Position numbers and translations under genes: made by a program. From assembly GCA_026770705.1 (NCBI GenBank), contig JANJGN010000018.1, positions 9,176,001 through 9,240,000 of the forward strand: 64,000 nt of DNA, in the 5' to 3' direction. Of this stretch, positions 25,138 to 39,000 are shown one piece after another. The first letter of the stretch is position 1. The number at the start of each line of letters is the position of its first letter. Under the pieces are notes generated by a model. The model had not been told where the DNA came from. It was given only the letters and a program-made list of their open reading frames with translations, and did no database searches. Origin of the DNA: Isurus oxyrinchus. Its lineage: Eukaryota.

Positions 25138-25407
25138 GTTGGCTGTAAATATTTTTAAAAAAGCAAAATCCAAAACCAGATTAATTGAGTCAATAATGTC
25201 ATATATTGTAGGAAATTAAACTATTATCCCCTATGCATTCTCTTGGTCTGTGCCTTTTGCGTTGCTTGGTCTCTCCTAGTGTTGCTTTGAGCTGCCTCTC
25301 CAGCAGCTGCAGTCTGAAACGTGGAAGCTGCTGATCTTCCATCGACTGAGCTTCCACAATGCTTTTTACCACGGAAGCTTCACTTCCTTCTACTCAAATC
25401 CCTCCAT

Positions 25408-26954
25408 CGGCTGGAATTTTCTGGCCATGTTGGTGTTGGGCATCATGGCAAGCAGGTAGGGACAATATGGCGAAAAGGCCAAGAATCAGTTTCACCCTGG
25501 TGTGAAAGCACAGCGGGATCATCCATTGGTGTCTCCATGGCAAAACAAGAACCCACAGGAGTCCAGTAATGGGTTGCAAAGTAAGGCCCGACCAGAATCG
25601 TACCCCCCATGCCAGTTTTACCGTAACCCTGGCAGGGAAACATATCAGCCCAGAACACGCCTGGACAAGGGTGACATGCAGAATTTGGGACTTACCTTTA
25701 AGGCCTTATTCAAATCGCGGACATCCAAGGAGAAGAAGATGTTGGAGCCCTACAGCTATCGGGCCCTGGATGCTGGGTGGATTATCATGGACATGGCTCC
25801 ACCACAAAGCAGCTCATAGAAGATGGGAGGTCTCCGCTGATGTCTCGGGTCTGCTTTGGAACATCACGGTCTTGGTCATGGATGATCCGAGGAGGGGGGT
25901 GTGGTTGGAGAGGAAAGTCCAGCTGTAAGTGGGTGAGGAAAGTGTACTGGGGGGGATGGGGGGGTGGTGGATGGGGGCGCGGGGGGTGTGGTGGGTGAGG
26001 TTGGGAGGGAGGGGACAAAGGTGTCAGGGGAGTTGAGGTTGTGGAGGTAGGAGGGAATACAGGGAGAGAATGTGGCAAGTGGGAAGGTAGGTATAACGTG
26101 TAAGGGAGGGAGATCACGGGGGGAGGGAAGGAGTTCGGAGGGGGGAATGTGTCCACCTCCCTGGTCTAGGACCTCTCCCTGCGTTTGTGAGCCAACCTCT
26201 CCTGCATGAAAATAGATGGAGAGAGTCTGAGAAGGACACATGACACTGCGGGGAATGTTTGTGTGGTGAGTGGAGCCATGGACAGGATGAGGCCATTAGC
26301 TCCAGAGGATATGAGCCTGATGGAGATGTGAGGGTGTATGTGTGAGAGTGAGTGGTGTTGTTCCTTGAAGCATGAAATCCCTGTAGAGTGTGATGGGTTT
26401 GTGAGTGTGTGAGTTGAGAGTGATGAGGTGGTTGACTTACCCTGGCGGAATGGATGAGAGTATTTATCCTCTCCCTGCACTGGATGGCTGACCTCCTCTG
26501 TGCTCCAGTGGTGCTGACCACTGCCTCCCAGGCCGGATTGGTGTCTCTGGTGGGCCTCCTGCAGTCAGAGCTGGGGTAGAGGACATCACGTTGGCCTTCC
26601 GCTGTGCTGAGCAAGCATCCCAGAGAGGTGTCATTAAATTTGGGGGCTGGCGTCTTCCTGGCTTTCAGGGCCATCTGGCACCTGGAGAAGTCCTGGCCTG
26701 TAAACATGAAGCATGGGCTCTGGTGCGCTTTAAATATGACGCCTGGTGCAAGGAAGTGAGGTAATGGCGTGGCGGGCAAATCCGAGCCCGCACGCCAGCG
26801 ATCTGGAGTCTTTCCTGGGAATGCACTATTAATGAGGCAGGACATGCCAGGAATGGGATGATATGGCACGAAAATCCACCACTGCAGCCGGCGGGTAAAA
26901 TGGCTTTTTTCATGCCTGCTACCACACTTAGCACAAATCTGCAATGATTCCAAA
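25408..26954 (-). mobile_element. Internally deleted Harbinger retaining Myb/SANT exons 1-2
   Basis: Left terminus cggctggaattttc. Minus-strand MALKARKTPAPKFNDTSLGCLL...WEAV...QCRERINTLIHSAR|gtaagt; exon 2 after ttcatgcag (ERLAHKRRERS). Inserted in an L2 fragment whose 3' end lies at about 26955-27285. Confidence 0.8.
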
Positions 26955-27639
26955 CATATTCCAGCCCTTCACTGTTGCTGTATCCTCCTCAAACCCTAAC
27001 ATGCTCCAACGTCCCTACACCCCTCCAATTCTGGCTTGGTGGACATCCCCGATTTCCTTTGTTTCATCGTTGGCAGCCATGCCTTCAGCTGTCTAGGTGC
27101 CAAATCCTCTCCACTTCACTACCTCCCTTCCGTTAATTTGCTCCTTAAACCTTTCTCTTTGATCAGGCATTTGGTCACCTGTTTAATATCTTCATAGGTG
27201 GCTCATTGTCAAATTTTGTCTGATAACACTCCTGTGAGGAGCCTTGGCATTTTTACATTAAATACAGTGTATAAATGCATGTTGGTCTCCCCGTTATCTT
27301 CCAACTTCCTATAACAGTGATCTGCTTAGACACTTCAGAAAGAAAAAAGTATTTTTCTCCATGAGGGAAAGGTCATCCACATTAGAGTGAAATGCTGGGC
27401 CTGAATTTCATGGTGCCCTTGTGGGTGTCCAGCACTCCTGGCACCTGGTGAGGTAGAGCGTGATGGAATATATGTTTCTATACATTTCACCTCTCTTCTA
27501 TTTTTCCTCAGTTCTGTTGAATGGAAAATAATATAACTCACATGAATATTCGGCACCTTGCACAAACCTGGAGGATCTGCTGCTGTTGATCGCACACTAG
27601 CTAGACGTTGAGCGAGTGGAAGCCTTTACGATTCACAAC

Positions 27640-28165
27640 CACCACTGCCCTGCTGGAAGAGGTACAGAGTTAGATCCAGCTGTCTGGACAAGACCATGGG
27701 GCAGTGCAGAAGAAGGATCCATCTCTCAAGGTGGACAGTGACTTCCATCTGTGAGATGATAGGGCCCGAGATCGCATTCAACTGCGTCGGAGGGCACCCC
27801 ATGCTTGTGACGCTGGAAGTGACTGTCGCTCTCAGTTTTTAAGCCTCAGGTTCCTTCCAGGGTTTTGTTGGAGATCTTTGTGGCGTGTCACAGTCCACAG
27901 CACACAGCTGCATAAAGTCAGTCATGGATACACGGTTCAGGAGGGTCGACCCCTTCATACATTTCCAAACAAACGAGGATAGCCAGGCAGAGTGTGCAAG
28001 AGGATTTGCAGCTATTGCTGGCTTCCCAAAGATTCAGGGTGCACCCGCGTGGCGATTGAGGCACCTGCTGGAGAGCCGGGGGTGTTTGTGAATCATTCCA
28101 CTCGCTCAATGTCCGGCAAGTGTGCGATCACCAGCAGCAGATCATCCAGGTTTGTGCTAGGTACA
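27640..28165 (+). pseudogene. Harbinger transposase middle fragment
   Basis: ICEMIGPEI...GGHPM...ASGSFQG.VGDLCGVSQS...RGFAAIAGFPKIQGA, closely similar to 48470-49324. Confidence 0.85.
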
Positions 28166-28478
28166 GAATGTACACGCGATTTGTATTACTTTCCATGCTC
28201 TGACAAAAACACACGATAATCTGTTTTTAGTGCCAGCTACACTTGTAATGCACCAGTTATGGTTCTGTGGAGAATTCACAGGCTTGCTGTAACAGATTAC
28301 TAAGAAGTTGGACTCTGACATTAAGCAAGCCTTCCTTATCTGTCCAATGATTCATTACCAACATACTACAGTAAATCTCTTTTAAAATGAACAGCATGTT
28401 ATGAAAGACAGTATAAAAGTTCAAGCCTCATTGAAAGCAGATTGAATCAGAAATGACCTCATTCCAAACTGACTTGAA

Positions 28479-29484
28479 GGATTGGGTTTTTGCGACCAAG
28501 GTGGATATCTGGAGTCAGGAAATTTCCTGACTCGCTGGGCCTGCCTTGGTAGAAAGGCCCCCAAATGCTGCAACCTTCACTCTGAGCAGTGGGTGCAGGA
28601 TAGAGTTGGGCCCGCTGACCCAGAAGCAGAGAAAAGGTGGCCACAGGGGCAGCCGAGTGCCCAGGTGGGCTGGTTAGAAGACCCACCTTGATTCTCAGGC
28701 AATTTCTGCCAATTAAAGGTTGCTAGGTCCTCCAGCCCTCAGCCACCCACCCACCACCCCACCCCCCCCACCCCCACCCCCAATCACTCCCCATGTCACC
28801 TCCATGCCTTTCATGCCAACACATGCTTCCCCCAATGATCCCATAGTCCTTTATGGCCCCAATGGGCCCTTCTATGGTCATTCACCCAATACATACTATG
28901 TACAGAACCAGTGAGCCATATAATAACAATTCATAATGAGGCTTAACTGAGAGCCCAGATCCTCATGAAATGATCATGTGAGTGAGTTTATTTATAAGGG
29001 TGCGGAGAAATGTTGACTTTTCTTGAGTGACATCTCTGAGTTATTTTTGCACAAGGTCAAGAGGTGTTAAAATTATGAATGGTGTTTTTTTTAAAGCAGT
29101 TCACACATGTCATTGTTGCCATAGGGTTCATCGGTTCTGCATATAGTGTCTACCGGGTGAATGGGCATGGAGGGTATGAGGAGCCATTGGCATGGGGGGA
29201 AGGCATGAGTTGGCATCAAGTTGACATGGGTGCATAGATGTGGCATGCAGAGTGGGTGGGAGTGATGGTGTGTAGCCAAACAACAGTGACAAAGTCCCAG
29301 AGAACTGTGGTGTGCCTTTTAACCAGTCTGCCTTAGCACTCAGCTGCCCCTGCATCCAGGAGCAATGGGCCTGACTCCATCCCTGGACTAAAAGTAGTTG
29401 ATAAAGGGGCACATCATACTGAGTCTGTCAAGTTGGGAAATTTTCCTTTTGAAGCTATCTGCCTCGCTAGCGAAAATCCAGCCC
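28479..29484. mobile_element. Long-TIR MITE (Harbinger-like termini)
   Basis: Right end aaaatccagccc. Arms share caggggcagcYgagtgc..ctggtta and cactat..cagaacc..tga.cc blocks in inverted orientation. Confidence 0.6.
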
Positions 29485-29564
29485 AGTGTTTCAGGTCAAT
29501 GACCTTTTAACAGAACTTTGATCCCAGTTCTAATGAAAGGTCATCAACCTGAAACATTAACTCT

Positions 29565-30904
29565 GGCTGGAATTTTCCAGTCCAATTGGCAGCTGCCGTC
29601 ATGGCCAGCATGAGCAGACAATTTAATGAGAAGGCCAAAAAAGCCAGTCATACACCTTCGTGAAGCCAGTTTGCAATTGTCCGCTCCATCCATTAATGGT
29701 GGGCCACATTTCCCTCTGCCACACATCGGGAACCTAATTTCAATATTTTAGCATCTCATTATAAACCCTGCTCCCTGGAATCATCCCCACACACTGGATC
29801 ATCCGAGCTCACACCGACATGCACCTGCCAAGCTGTGCTTTCACTCAGGACCTCGGGGTATGTTTGCCTACCTTGTTTCAGGCAGCAAACCCGATCATCA
29901 GCGCCCGGCTTCACAGGCAGCACCACATCACTCTTAGGGGGCTCACGGACAGGTCTCTACCTACCAGACCTGCTGTAAGGCAGGCGTGGCTTTTCAATGG
30001 CTGCAGGGCTAGGCCTTGCTTGGGGAAGGGGGAGAAGTGGCCACAGGCAGGGGAAGAGGCTGCAGGGTGAGGGCTGTACTGGGGAAGGGGAGCATCCCAG
30101 GGTGTGGGTGTGTGGGGGCACATATTCAGCTGTGCAAGTGACCTCAAGATGGTGAGGGCTGAGGAGGTGGTCTCCAGAGGAGATGAGGCCAGATGGAGAG
30201 GTGAGGGTGTGTGTGAGAAGGTGAGTGGTGGGCCAGGATTTTAGGGCCCTTCCCACCAAACTGAGTGGATATTTAAATGGCTTGCTGCATCTGCTGGAGG
30301 GAGACATGTCATGGTAGGGCTGTAAAATCCTGGCTGTGATGTCCTTGAGCTGGCAGTGAGTGAGATGCCAGTGAATGTGTGATAGGCTTGTGAGTGTGTG
30401 AGTTTAGAGTGATGAGGTGGTTGACTTACCCTGGCGGCACAGATGAGATCATTCATCTTCTTTCTGCACTGGATGGCCAACCTCTTCTGTCCAGCATTGG
30501 CACTGACCACCACTACCATCACCTCCCAAGCTGAAGTGGTGAGATTGCTAGACCTCCTGTCAGAGCAGGCATGGAGGACATCACACAGGCCTCCAAAAGG
30601 CTTTCCAGTGACAGGTCACTGAACTCTTCTTGGTTTTCAGGGCCATGTCTTCACTGGAGCAGTCCTGAGCTGCAAGTGTTGAGAACTGTGTGGGCGGCTG
30701 CAGTTTAGATATGGCACCCGGATTGAGGTAACAGTGAGGTAACGGCGTGGTGGGCCATTCAGAGACCGCCCGCCAGTGAGACGGCGTGTTTCCTGTGGCT
30801 GCATAATTAATGAGGTGGGAAGCGGACGATACACCGTGAAAACCCACCATGGCGGCCGGGACACTCACTACCGCACTTAGTGCGAAGCTGGGACAATTCC
30901 ATCC
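29565..30904 (-). mobile_element. Internally deleted Harbinger with Myb/SANT exon 1, inserted in a PLE 3' end
   Basis: TIRs GGCTGGAATTTTCC / GGATGGAATTGTCC; 3-bp TSD tct (29562-29564 and 30905-30907); AIQCRKKMNDLICAAR|gtaagt. The PLE tail continues on the right side. Confidence 0.85.
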
Positions 30905-31246
30905 TCTGTTTCTCCTGTCACAGACCCTGCCTGACCTGAGTATTTTCAGCATTTTCCAGTTTCATTATATTATTTATTATATAAAAACCTCTATGTTCCA
31001 CACTAGATAGGCCTGGCCTTTTGTAAAAGGCTTCCAAATTAGGGACAGTTTTCTCATCCGCAAGTTATTCTCCATATTATTCCGTATGAACTAAAAAGCA
31101 TTGACTTCTTGTAATGGTTTTTATTTTGAAACGACTTAGGTACTGCTCATTGCCCCCCTGCCCTTCTAACCACTGCCACTCTCAATGCAAGATTGTGTCT
31201 TATAAAAAGAAAAATTCAGCTGGCAGGGCAGCAAGTCCGATCTTAT

Positions 31247-31470
31247 AAAAACAAAGAAAACTGCGGATGCTGGAAATCCAAAACAAAAACAGAATTACCT
31301 GGAAAAACTCAGCAGGTCTGGCAGCATCGGCGGAGAAGAAAAGAGTTGACGTTTCGAGTCCTCATGACCCTTCGACAGAACTGTTCGACAGTTCTGTCGC
31401 AGGGTCATGAGGACTCGAAACGTCAACTCTTTTCTTCTCCGCCGATGCTGCCAGACCTGCTGAGTTTTTC
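31247..31470. mobile_element. Fold-back mini-PLE: PLE 3' terminus plus inverted copy, two hammerheads
   Basis: Hammerheads at 31344-31382 (minus) and 31390-31428 (plus); perfect TSD caagtccgatcttat at 31232-31246 and 31471-31485. Confidence 0.92.
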
Positions 31471-31946
31471 CAAGTCCGATCTTATGTTGCTTCTAATACA
31501 TACACAGTTCTTCAACTGTCACACATGTTGCACTAAGACAAGACATTATTCTACTTTATTCTAAATATGTATTGCAGGCCTGAGCCAGGATAGGTGCAAA
31601 CCTGGGTCGGAGATACAGGAGCACATTGTGTTCCTGGTTCTGCAGCTTGTGTACATATTTAGCAAGGATCCCTGACTCTGGCCTTTCATGTCTGATAGGA
31701 GAAAAGACTGTAGTAACATTGTAGAAATTGTAAGGCCTTGTGGTGTATGATAAAGTAAACCATCGGTGTATTAGGCACACATAATTCACTCACTCTTCAA
31801 AGCTTCCGAGCTTTGCATTGTTTGTTGCTTCTCCTTTGTCCTTTTAATCAGTAAAACACTTAAGTTGTGTTATTTATCCTTTGCTTAGAGCTTGTCACTC
31901 AACCTTATTAAATTATAAAGTCAGAGTGTTTGCAGAGTCTACAAAG

Positions 31947-32778
31947 TGTTATGACACAGCAGTTAGTAAAGGCTGAGTTGTTAAATCCCAGAGGGAAACA
32001 TGAACAACTGTCATAACCTATATTTTCAATTGGTATGTTTGAGATGCAGCTCTGGATTCAGAAATGAAACCACCAAGCCTCAAGGGGTTTATTATATAAA
32101 CTAAATTAAACATTTATTAAGTTAACAAGAAATTAAACACATACACATGTCTACAAATTGCTACCATAATAACTTTTAAACAAATCCCCAAATTAATCAC
32201 TCCCAGATAAATCTTCTCCAAGGCAACAATAACCCATAAACTTTAAACAGACACCAGGCAAAGCACAGTTGACCTTACAGATTCAAAATGAGGTCCCTTG
32301 CAATTTGATTTATTTGCAGACACAGTTGTAGGGTTTTTACAGGCTGCTTAGATCTTACATGCCTCTGCCCTGCTCACACAAAACTCTGTTTCTCTGTTTC
32401 TGTTGATACCTTGCTTTCTCTTTCAATGTAAATTTTCCATTGTATTATTAGGTTTTTTTTTAAATTTTACTTCTCCTAACAGTAATCCTTTCATTCCATC
32501 AATTTTATTAGTAACATAAACACATTGCTTGGCAACTCCCAACTAGGTACAAGATTTTACTCCCACTCTTGAACGGTTTATTCAACAAATGCAGATGTGC
32601 ACTTTACCTTTTCCTCCTTACATTTATATAATTGACATCGCAAAGCTATCATACATTAAAGCACCCAGACTAGCTGGTTTTAATCCAATTAAGCCACACA
32701 CAGACACAGACCCTACTACAAGTCCAATTTAAAAATAATTTCCAATAACATTATACACATTAATACCTCTTCATGACA
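31947..32778 (-). mobile_element. Solo LTR
   Basis: TGTTATGA...TCATGACA termini with a perfect 4-bp TSD aaag (31943-31946 and 32779-32782); AATAAA on the minus strand near the left end. Confidence 0.8.
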
Positions 32779-33065
32779 AAAGGCAATAAACAACCAGTGT
32801 TTGTGCATCAATGTCAATGGTATACCCAATTATAATTGTGATGCTTATCAAGTATAAATACAGTACCTGTATTTTGAGTGAATATTTTGGACCACTAATA
32901 ACATGTAATGGCCTAGAGATCTGATTGAATGAGAGGGGCTCGAGAGGTGTTATCCCAGGCTGCTCTGTGTTGCTCTCACACTGTTCACACATCAGTCTGC
33001 AGCTTCATTATGCATAATACATCACATCTCAAAATCCATCACTCTCCAACCATCAAATACTTAAG

Positions 33066-33508
33066 AAAGAAAGACTTGTACTTAAACAGCAGCTTTCCTG
33101 ACCTCAGGACATCCCAAAGTGCATTACAGTCATTTAACTATTTTTGAAGTGTAGTGTTGTATTGTAGGAAATGGGGCAGCCAATTTGTGCACAGCAAAGT
33201 CCCACAAACAGCAATGTGATAATCATCAGGTAATTTGCTTTTGTGATGCTGGTTAAGCGATTGGCCAGCATAGCAGAGAGAATTCCACTACACTTCTTCA
33301 AAATGATGTCATGGGATATTATATGTCCATCTAAAAGGGCAGATGGAGCCTCAGTTTAAATCTCAACTGAAGAACAGCACCTCCAACTATTCAGCACTCC
33401 CTCAGTACTGCACTTAGAGTGTCAGCTTAGGTTTTGGGCTCAAGTCTCTGCAGTGGAACTTGAGCTCAAACCTTCTGATTCAGAAGGAACAGTTTAACCA
33501 ACTGAGCA
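33066..33508 (-). mobile_element. Deu-domain SINE (SacSINE1/AmnSINE1-like)
   Basis: tRNA-like head at the right, cagcactccctcagtactgcact core, L2-like tail. Further copies at 36825-37330 (minus, PLE-interrupted), 51470-51818 (plus) and 18680-18910 (minus). Confidence 0.7.
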
Positions 33509-33671
33509 ACGATAATTAGGGCATGGATGTTGGGGGAGAAAGGAGAGAGGGAGAAGGAACAAGGGCAGGGGAAGAATAAAGTTCCCTTATGAGGACTGGA
33601 GGAACACTACTGCTCCATTTGGCCCATAACAAACCACGTTTGTTTTCTTTTTTAATTTTTTAATTTTATAA

Positions 33672-34962
33672 GATCATAAGAAGTAGGAGCAGGAGTAGGC
33701 CATTGGCCTATCACACCTGTTCCGTCATTCAATAAGATCATGGCTGATCTGATTGTGGCTTTAACTCCATTTTCCTGCCTGTTCCCCATAACCATTGAAT
33801 CCCTTGTAGATCAAAAATCCACCTAAATCAGCCTTGGATATATTCAATGACACAGTCTCTGATGCTGTCTGTGGAAGAATCATCCCAAGAATCAACCTAT
33901 TGAACTTTGTCTGAACTGCTTCCAATGCAAGTATATCGCTCCTTAAGTAAGGAGACCAAAACTGTACACAATACTCTAGGTTCCATCTCAATAGGGCCCT
34001 GTACTGTTGTAGCAAGTCTTCCCTACTTTCAGCCTCCATCCCTTTTTCAATACCTGCATGCTATTTTTTTGTGATTTGTGTACAAGGACACACAGACATC
34101 TCAGTGCTGCAGCATTCTGCAGTCTCTCTCCATTTCAATATTTTCTATTCTGCCTGCCAAAGTGAACAATTTTTCCACATTATTCCCCATCTGCCAAATT
34201 TTTGCCCACCCACTTAATCTATCTATAATCCCTCTCCCTCACAATTTGGTTTCCTATCTATCTTTGTATCACCAGCAAATTTGGTTACAATATAGTCGGT
34301 GCCTTTATCCAAGTCATTAATATCGACTGTTAATAGTTAAATCCCAGCACTGATCCCTGTGGCACTCCACTTGTTATAGTTTGCCAACCTGAAAATGGTC
34401 CCTTTATCCCACGGTGTTTACTGGGAGTTATCCAATTCCCTATCCACGCTAATATATCCGCCCCAACACCATGAACTCTTATCTTGTGCAGTAATGTTTT
34501 ATGTGGCACCTTACTGAACATCTTTTGGAAATACAAGGACATTACATCCACTAGTTCCCATTTATCCACTCGCCGTTACATCCTCAAAGAACTTTAATAA
34601 ATTTGTCAAACACAATTTCCTTTTCACAAAACCATTTTGACTCTGCCCAATTGTGTTATGATTTTCTAAATGCCCTACTACTACCTCCTTAATAATGGAA
34701 TCTAGCATTTTCCCAATGACAAATGCTAGACTGACTAACTATAATTTACTGCTTTCTGTCTCCCTCCTTTCTTGATTGGTGCTGTTACATTTGCTGTTTT
34801 CCAGCCCTGGAATCTTTGCAGGATCTAGGGAACTTTGGAAGGTTACAACCAATGAGTCCACTATTTCTCCTGTCACTTACTTTAAGACTCTAGGATGCAG
34901 GCCATTAGGTCCAGGGGACTTGTCAACCTTTAATTCCATTAGTTTTCCCAATACCTGTTCTA
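33672..34962 (-). mobile_element. CR1 LINE RT and 3' end, internally deleted
   Basis: FQKMFSKVPH, SGVPQGSVLG and LEYCVQFWSPYLR motifs; CR1 3' UTR ggagcaggagtaggcc. Confidence 0.88.
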
Positions 34963-34974
34963 GTTTTTTTTAAA

Positions 34975-35508
34975 TTCATTCACAGGATGTGGGCTTCACT
35001 GGCTGGGCCAGGATTTATTGCCCATCCCTAGTTGCCCTTGAGAAGGTGGTGGTGAGCTGCCTTCTTGAACCGCTGTGGTCCACATGGTGTGGGTACACCC
35101 ACAGTGCTATTAGGAAGGGAGTTCCAGGATTCTGATCCAGCAACAATGCAGGAACGGCGATATGTTTCCAAGTCAGGATGGTGAGTGACTTGGATGGGAA
35201 CTTCCAGGTGGTGGTGTTCCCATCTATTTGCTGCCTTGTCTATCTAGATGGCAGTGCTTGTGGGTTTGGAAGGTGCTGTCGAAGGAGCCTTGGTAAATTC
35301 CTGCAGTGCATTTTGTAGATGGTACACACTGCTGATACTGTGCATTGCTGATGGAGGGAGTGAATGTTTGTGGATGTGGCACCAATCAAGTGGGCTGCTT
35401 TGTACTGGAAGGTGTCAAGCTTCTTGAGTGTTGTTGGATCTGCACTATCCATGCAAGTGGGGAGTATTCCATCACACTCCTACTTTGTGCCTTGTAGTTG
35501 GTGGACAT
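34975..35508 (-). mobile_element. LINE 3' fragment (same family as 10143-12745)
   Basis: PTTLKKLDTFQYKAAHLIG...HSLHQQCTVSAVCTIYKMHC. Confidence 0.75.
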
Positions 35509-35519
35509 GCTACTTGCTG

Positions 35520-36070
35520 GATCTTGCTGGACAAATTTATTTTCTCTTCTATCTCCTCTCATGAGCTCATGAGCTGAATGGTCTTCCCTCGTTCGTGTAT
35601 TCCTTTATCACTAATTATCATCAAGAACTATCCCACGCCCCTCCAAAACCATTCTCATCATCCCTTCCTCAAAAAATCTACTGTCCCTTATTGCTTTGCA
35701 AACTACCGCCCCATCTCAGATGGTTCTTTTCCCTTCTGGAACAGGTAGTTGCCTCACAAGTCCATGAATATTCTTCCTCCTATTGTGTGCTCAAATCTAT
35801 TTTCAACTCTTGCTACTACCAAGGCACCAGAACGACTCAAACATCCTCTGTCCCTGTAACTGTGATGCATTAGTTTATGCCCCTTGGCGACATTACCTCA
35901 CTCAAAGCCTATTTACTTGCACAGAGTCAAAATTGGGCCCATAGAGTCAGCTTCCAGTTAGTATGCTAATAACGTCCACCTCTACCTCTCCACATCCTTC
36001 CTTTGCCCAACATCAAACTTTGGATCCGTTGTAACTTCCTCCATTGGGAAAATTATGCCATGGCCATTGT
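35520..36070 (+). mobile_element. Degenerate L2 LINE RT fragment
   Basis: gtcagcttccagttagtatgctaataacgtccacctctacctctcc (YA.NVHLYLS, a YADD relic) and cccttggcgacatt. Confidence 0.55.
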
Positions 36071-39000
36071 GCATCCCCACCACAATTCCCACCCACAACC
36101 ATCGCCCTTTCAGTCATAAACTATGCTTAAAACAATATGATGGTGCAGCTTACAAACACACGGTGCCATGAATATCATGGGTTTTGCTCTTGATTTCTCA
36201 AGCAATGGAGGTGTTCTTGGAGGGATGGATAAGAAACTGGCCAATTCCACACTTGGGCCAAATAAGCGGGAAATTTATCAGGTGCCACTTAATAGCTGCA
36301 AACATATGGGTAATAGTTAGAAGCCAAGGAGCGGATTATTTGCTCCATCTTTCTACAGGCACAGCCTTGCCCAGAAAATCAGCAGGAGAGAAAAAGGATG
36401 CACTTATTTCTATAATTAAACAACTAATGCACAGTGCATCAAAACTATCTGGAAAATAGCATGGATCCTTGTGACTGCCTCAAAAAGAAATTGATATTAC
36501 TGATTTGTTAAAACACGGATTAGGGATAAACTCACAGAAAAACTCCTGCAAATACTGCAACCTGACGTGTCATGTTGTTCAGTTGATGTTTTAAAAGCAG
36601 TTCCAGCCATCATTTTGACTTTGAACCCCACTGAATATATAACCAGATAAATAGCATAAGAAATACATCAAAATAATTTGTGTTAATACCATGAAATAAT
36701 CCATGGGCTCAATTATTTAATATTAGAAATGTTTAACAGATTTCCCCACAGAGAATGCACGGGACATTTGTGTGGTTCTCAGTGGTCTTAATATTCCAAT
36801 GATCTTTATAAAAAGAGGGAATAAACTTGCATTTATTCACAACCTCAGGATTCTCAAAGTGCTTTACACCCAATTAAATACTTTTGAATAGTAGTTGCTG
36901 TTGTAATGTGGAAAGTGTGGCAGCCAATTTACTCCTATGTGATAATAAAATAAGAACAGATAAAGCTGGTAAAACTCAGCAGGTCTGGCAGCATCTGTGG
37001 AAGGAGAAACGGAGTTAATGTTTCGAGTCCATATAACTCTTCTTCAGAGCTAAAGAGAATAATCTGGTCTGTTTAAGCGATATTGGTTGAGTAACAACTA
37101 TTGGCCAGGATACTGGCCAATACTCTTCTTCAAAATGGTACTATAGGATCTTTCATGCCCACCTCAGAGGGCAGAGGGGGCCATGGTTTAACAGCTCAAC
37201 TCAAAGCAGCACCTCCAACAGCCTCCATACTGAACTGGAGTGTCAGCCTCAGTGATATGTTCAAGTCCCTGGAGACCTGAATCCACAACCTTCTGAGCAA
37301 GGAACAAAAGTGCTACCAACTGAACTGCAGCTGAAAGTCACAACCAGCAAGGGTTTGTTGTTAATTATTTTTGAGTTGTGACCGCAGAAGCATCATCATG
37401 CATGGCAGTAGTCACTATTCACAAAGCAGCCAAGGTGCCTTCAATAATGCCTGTATCATTTGAAAGAGAAGAAAAGGGTGGATAGCTATAGAACAAAAAG
37501 CTTCCTTCTGCAAATCTGAACACTGACTACACTGAGAAGGCTCCCAACAGCAGAGAAACACCCGAATTGGAATCCTCAGCATATGTTTTCTGTACCTGGT
37601 TGCCACCTTTACCTTCAAACTTTAGCAGAGTTAAATAATACATTAAAAGGGCAATGGTTGTAGACAATGCTTCAAATAGAATCTCTGAGTGCAGCATTTC
37701 ATAACACAAGTTTTGCCATGGTTGATGGACCCCTGTAAGAAATATGAGCACAAATGTCAAGTACAATTACATTCAACTTCCTCCTGATGCCAGGAGATGT
37801 CTTAATTTGCAGCCTGTTACAATGACTTGAGTAACTGCATGCTCCCAATCAGTGGACTCCTTCCATGCAACTTCTCCATTGATGAGCCTTCAGCCCAAAT
37901 AAAACCATGTTCCTTCGATGCACCTCCTGCACTAGAACATTCCAACCCTGCATCATTAAAAGACAAAGAGCTGCACACATTTCCGCTGTACATTTGCTAA
38001 CAGTCAGCTTTTCTAATGCATCCACAGTACGCCCTTTATTGCAAGCTGTAGCCTATGAACAATTGTTGCCTCACTGGACTCTGTCCACTCCTTTTTTATT
38101 TGTTCTTTCCCGGGATGTGGGCATTGCTGGCTAAGCCAGCGTTAGTTACGCATCCCTAATTTCCCTTGAGAAGATGATGGTGAGCCGCCTCCTTGAACTG
38201 GGGCAGTCGACATTCCCCAAACAGCCAAGTGAGACCCAATGTCCCCTGGGCAAGTTTTTCATGTGTTCTTGCCAATTAAAATTAAAGGATCAGCCTTGTC
38301 AGAAAATGTGACACAGCCTGCTCTCTGAATTGACAAGGTAAGAGCACCTGCACAGTCTGAGCACAGTCTTTGCCTTAGTGAAAATCAGGGTTTCAACATA
38401 ATATCATGGGGATAATTTGCCTTTTTAGGCAACCACACTATACACTCCTAAACAAGTTCCTTCACCCAAACAAACATGGCTCTGTTCCTCTATGTGGGAA
38501 AGTGAAAACAAAGATCAAGGCACCCTGATTTGAACTCTTGCTCCTAAGTAACAAGGGGAGGAATCTTCTGCTCTTGCCTGCCATTGGCCTCGCCTCTGCC
38601 TGATTGGCTTGTGGTTTGATGGGCCCTGTGGAAAAGAGGCAGCGTGGGTCTTTCACTGTGGCTCTCCAGCCGGTAGATGAGACCCCCAACAGCTCAACAA
38701 GATTGCACCTGAGGTCAACATTATTGTGATGGTTTCTCAGCTGCCACCCTGAAAGCCAAGGCACGGTTGTCCAATACAAGAACAGCTAATAAAAACAAGG
38801 AGAAAATAAACCAGATGAGTAAATCATACAGTGGAGAAGGCCATTCTGCCTAAGATGCCAATGTTGGCCCTGTGAATCATCCAACCAATTAGTCCCACTC
38901 TCCTGCTCTCTTTCCACAGCCCTGTAAATGTTTCCTTTTTCAAGTATTTATCCAATTCCCTTTTGAAAGTTACTATCAACTCTGTTCCCACTAAACTTTC

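Noticed and set aside
26114-26953. 279-aa ORF as an intact gene
   Set aside because: Read-through of subterminal DNA, Myb exon 1 and intron; only about 80 codons are real coding sequence.
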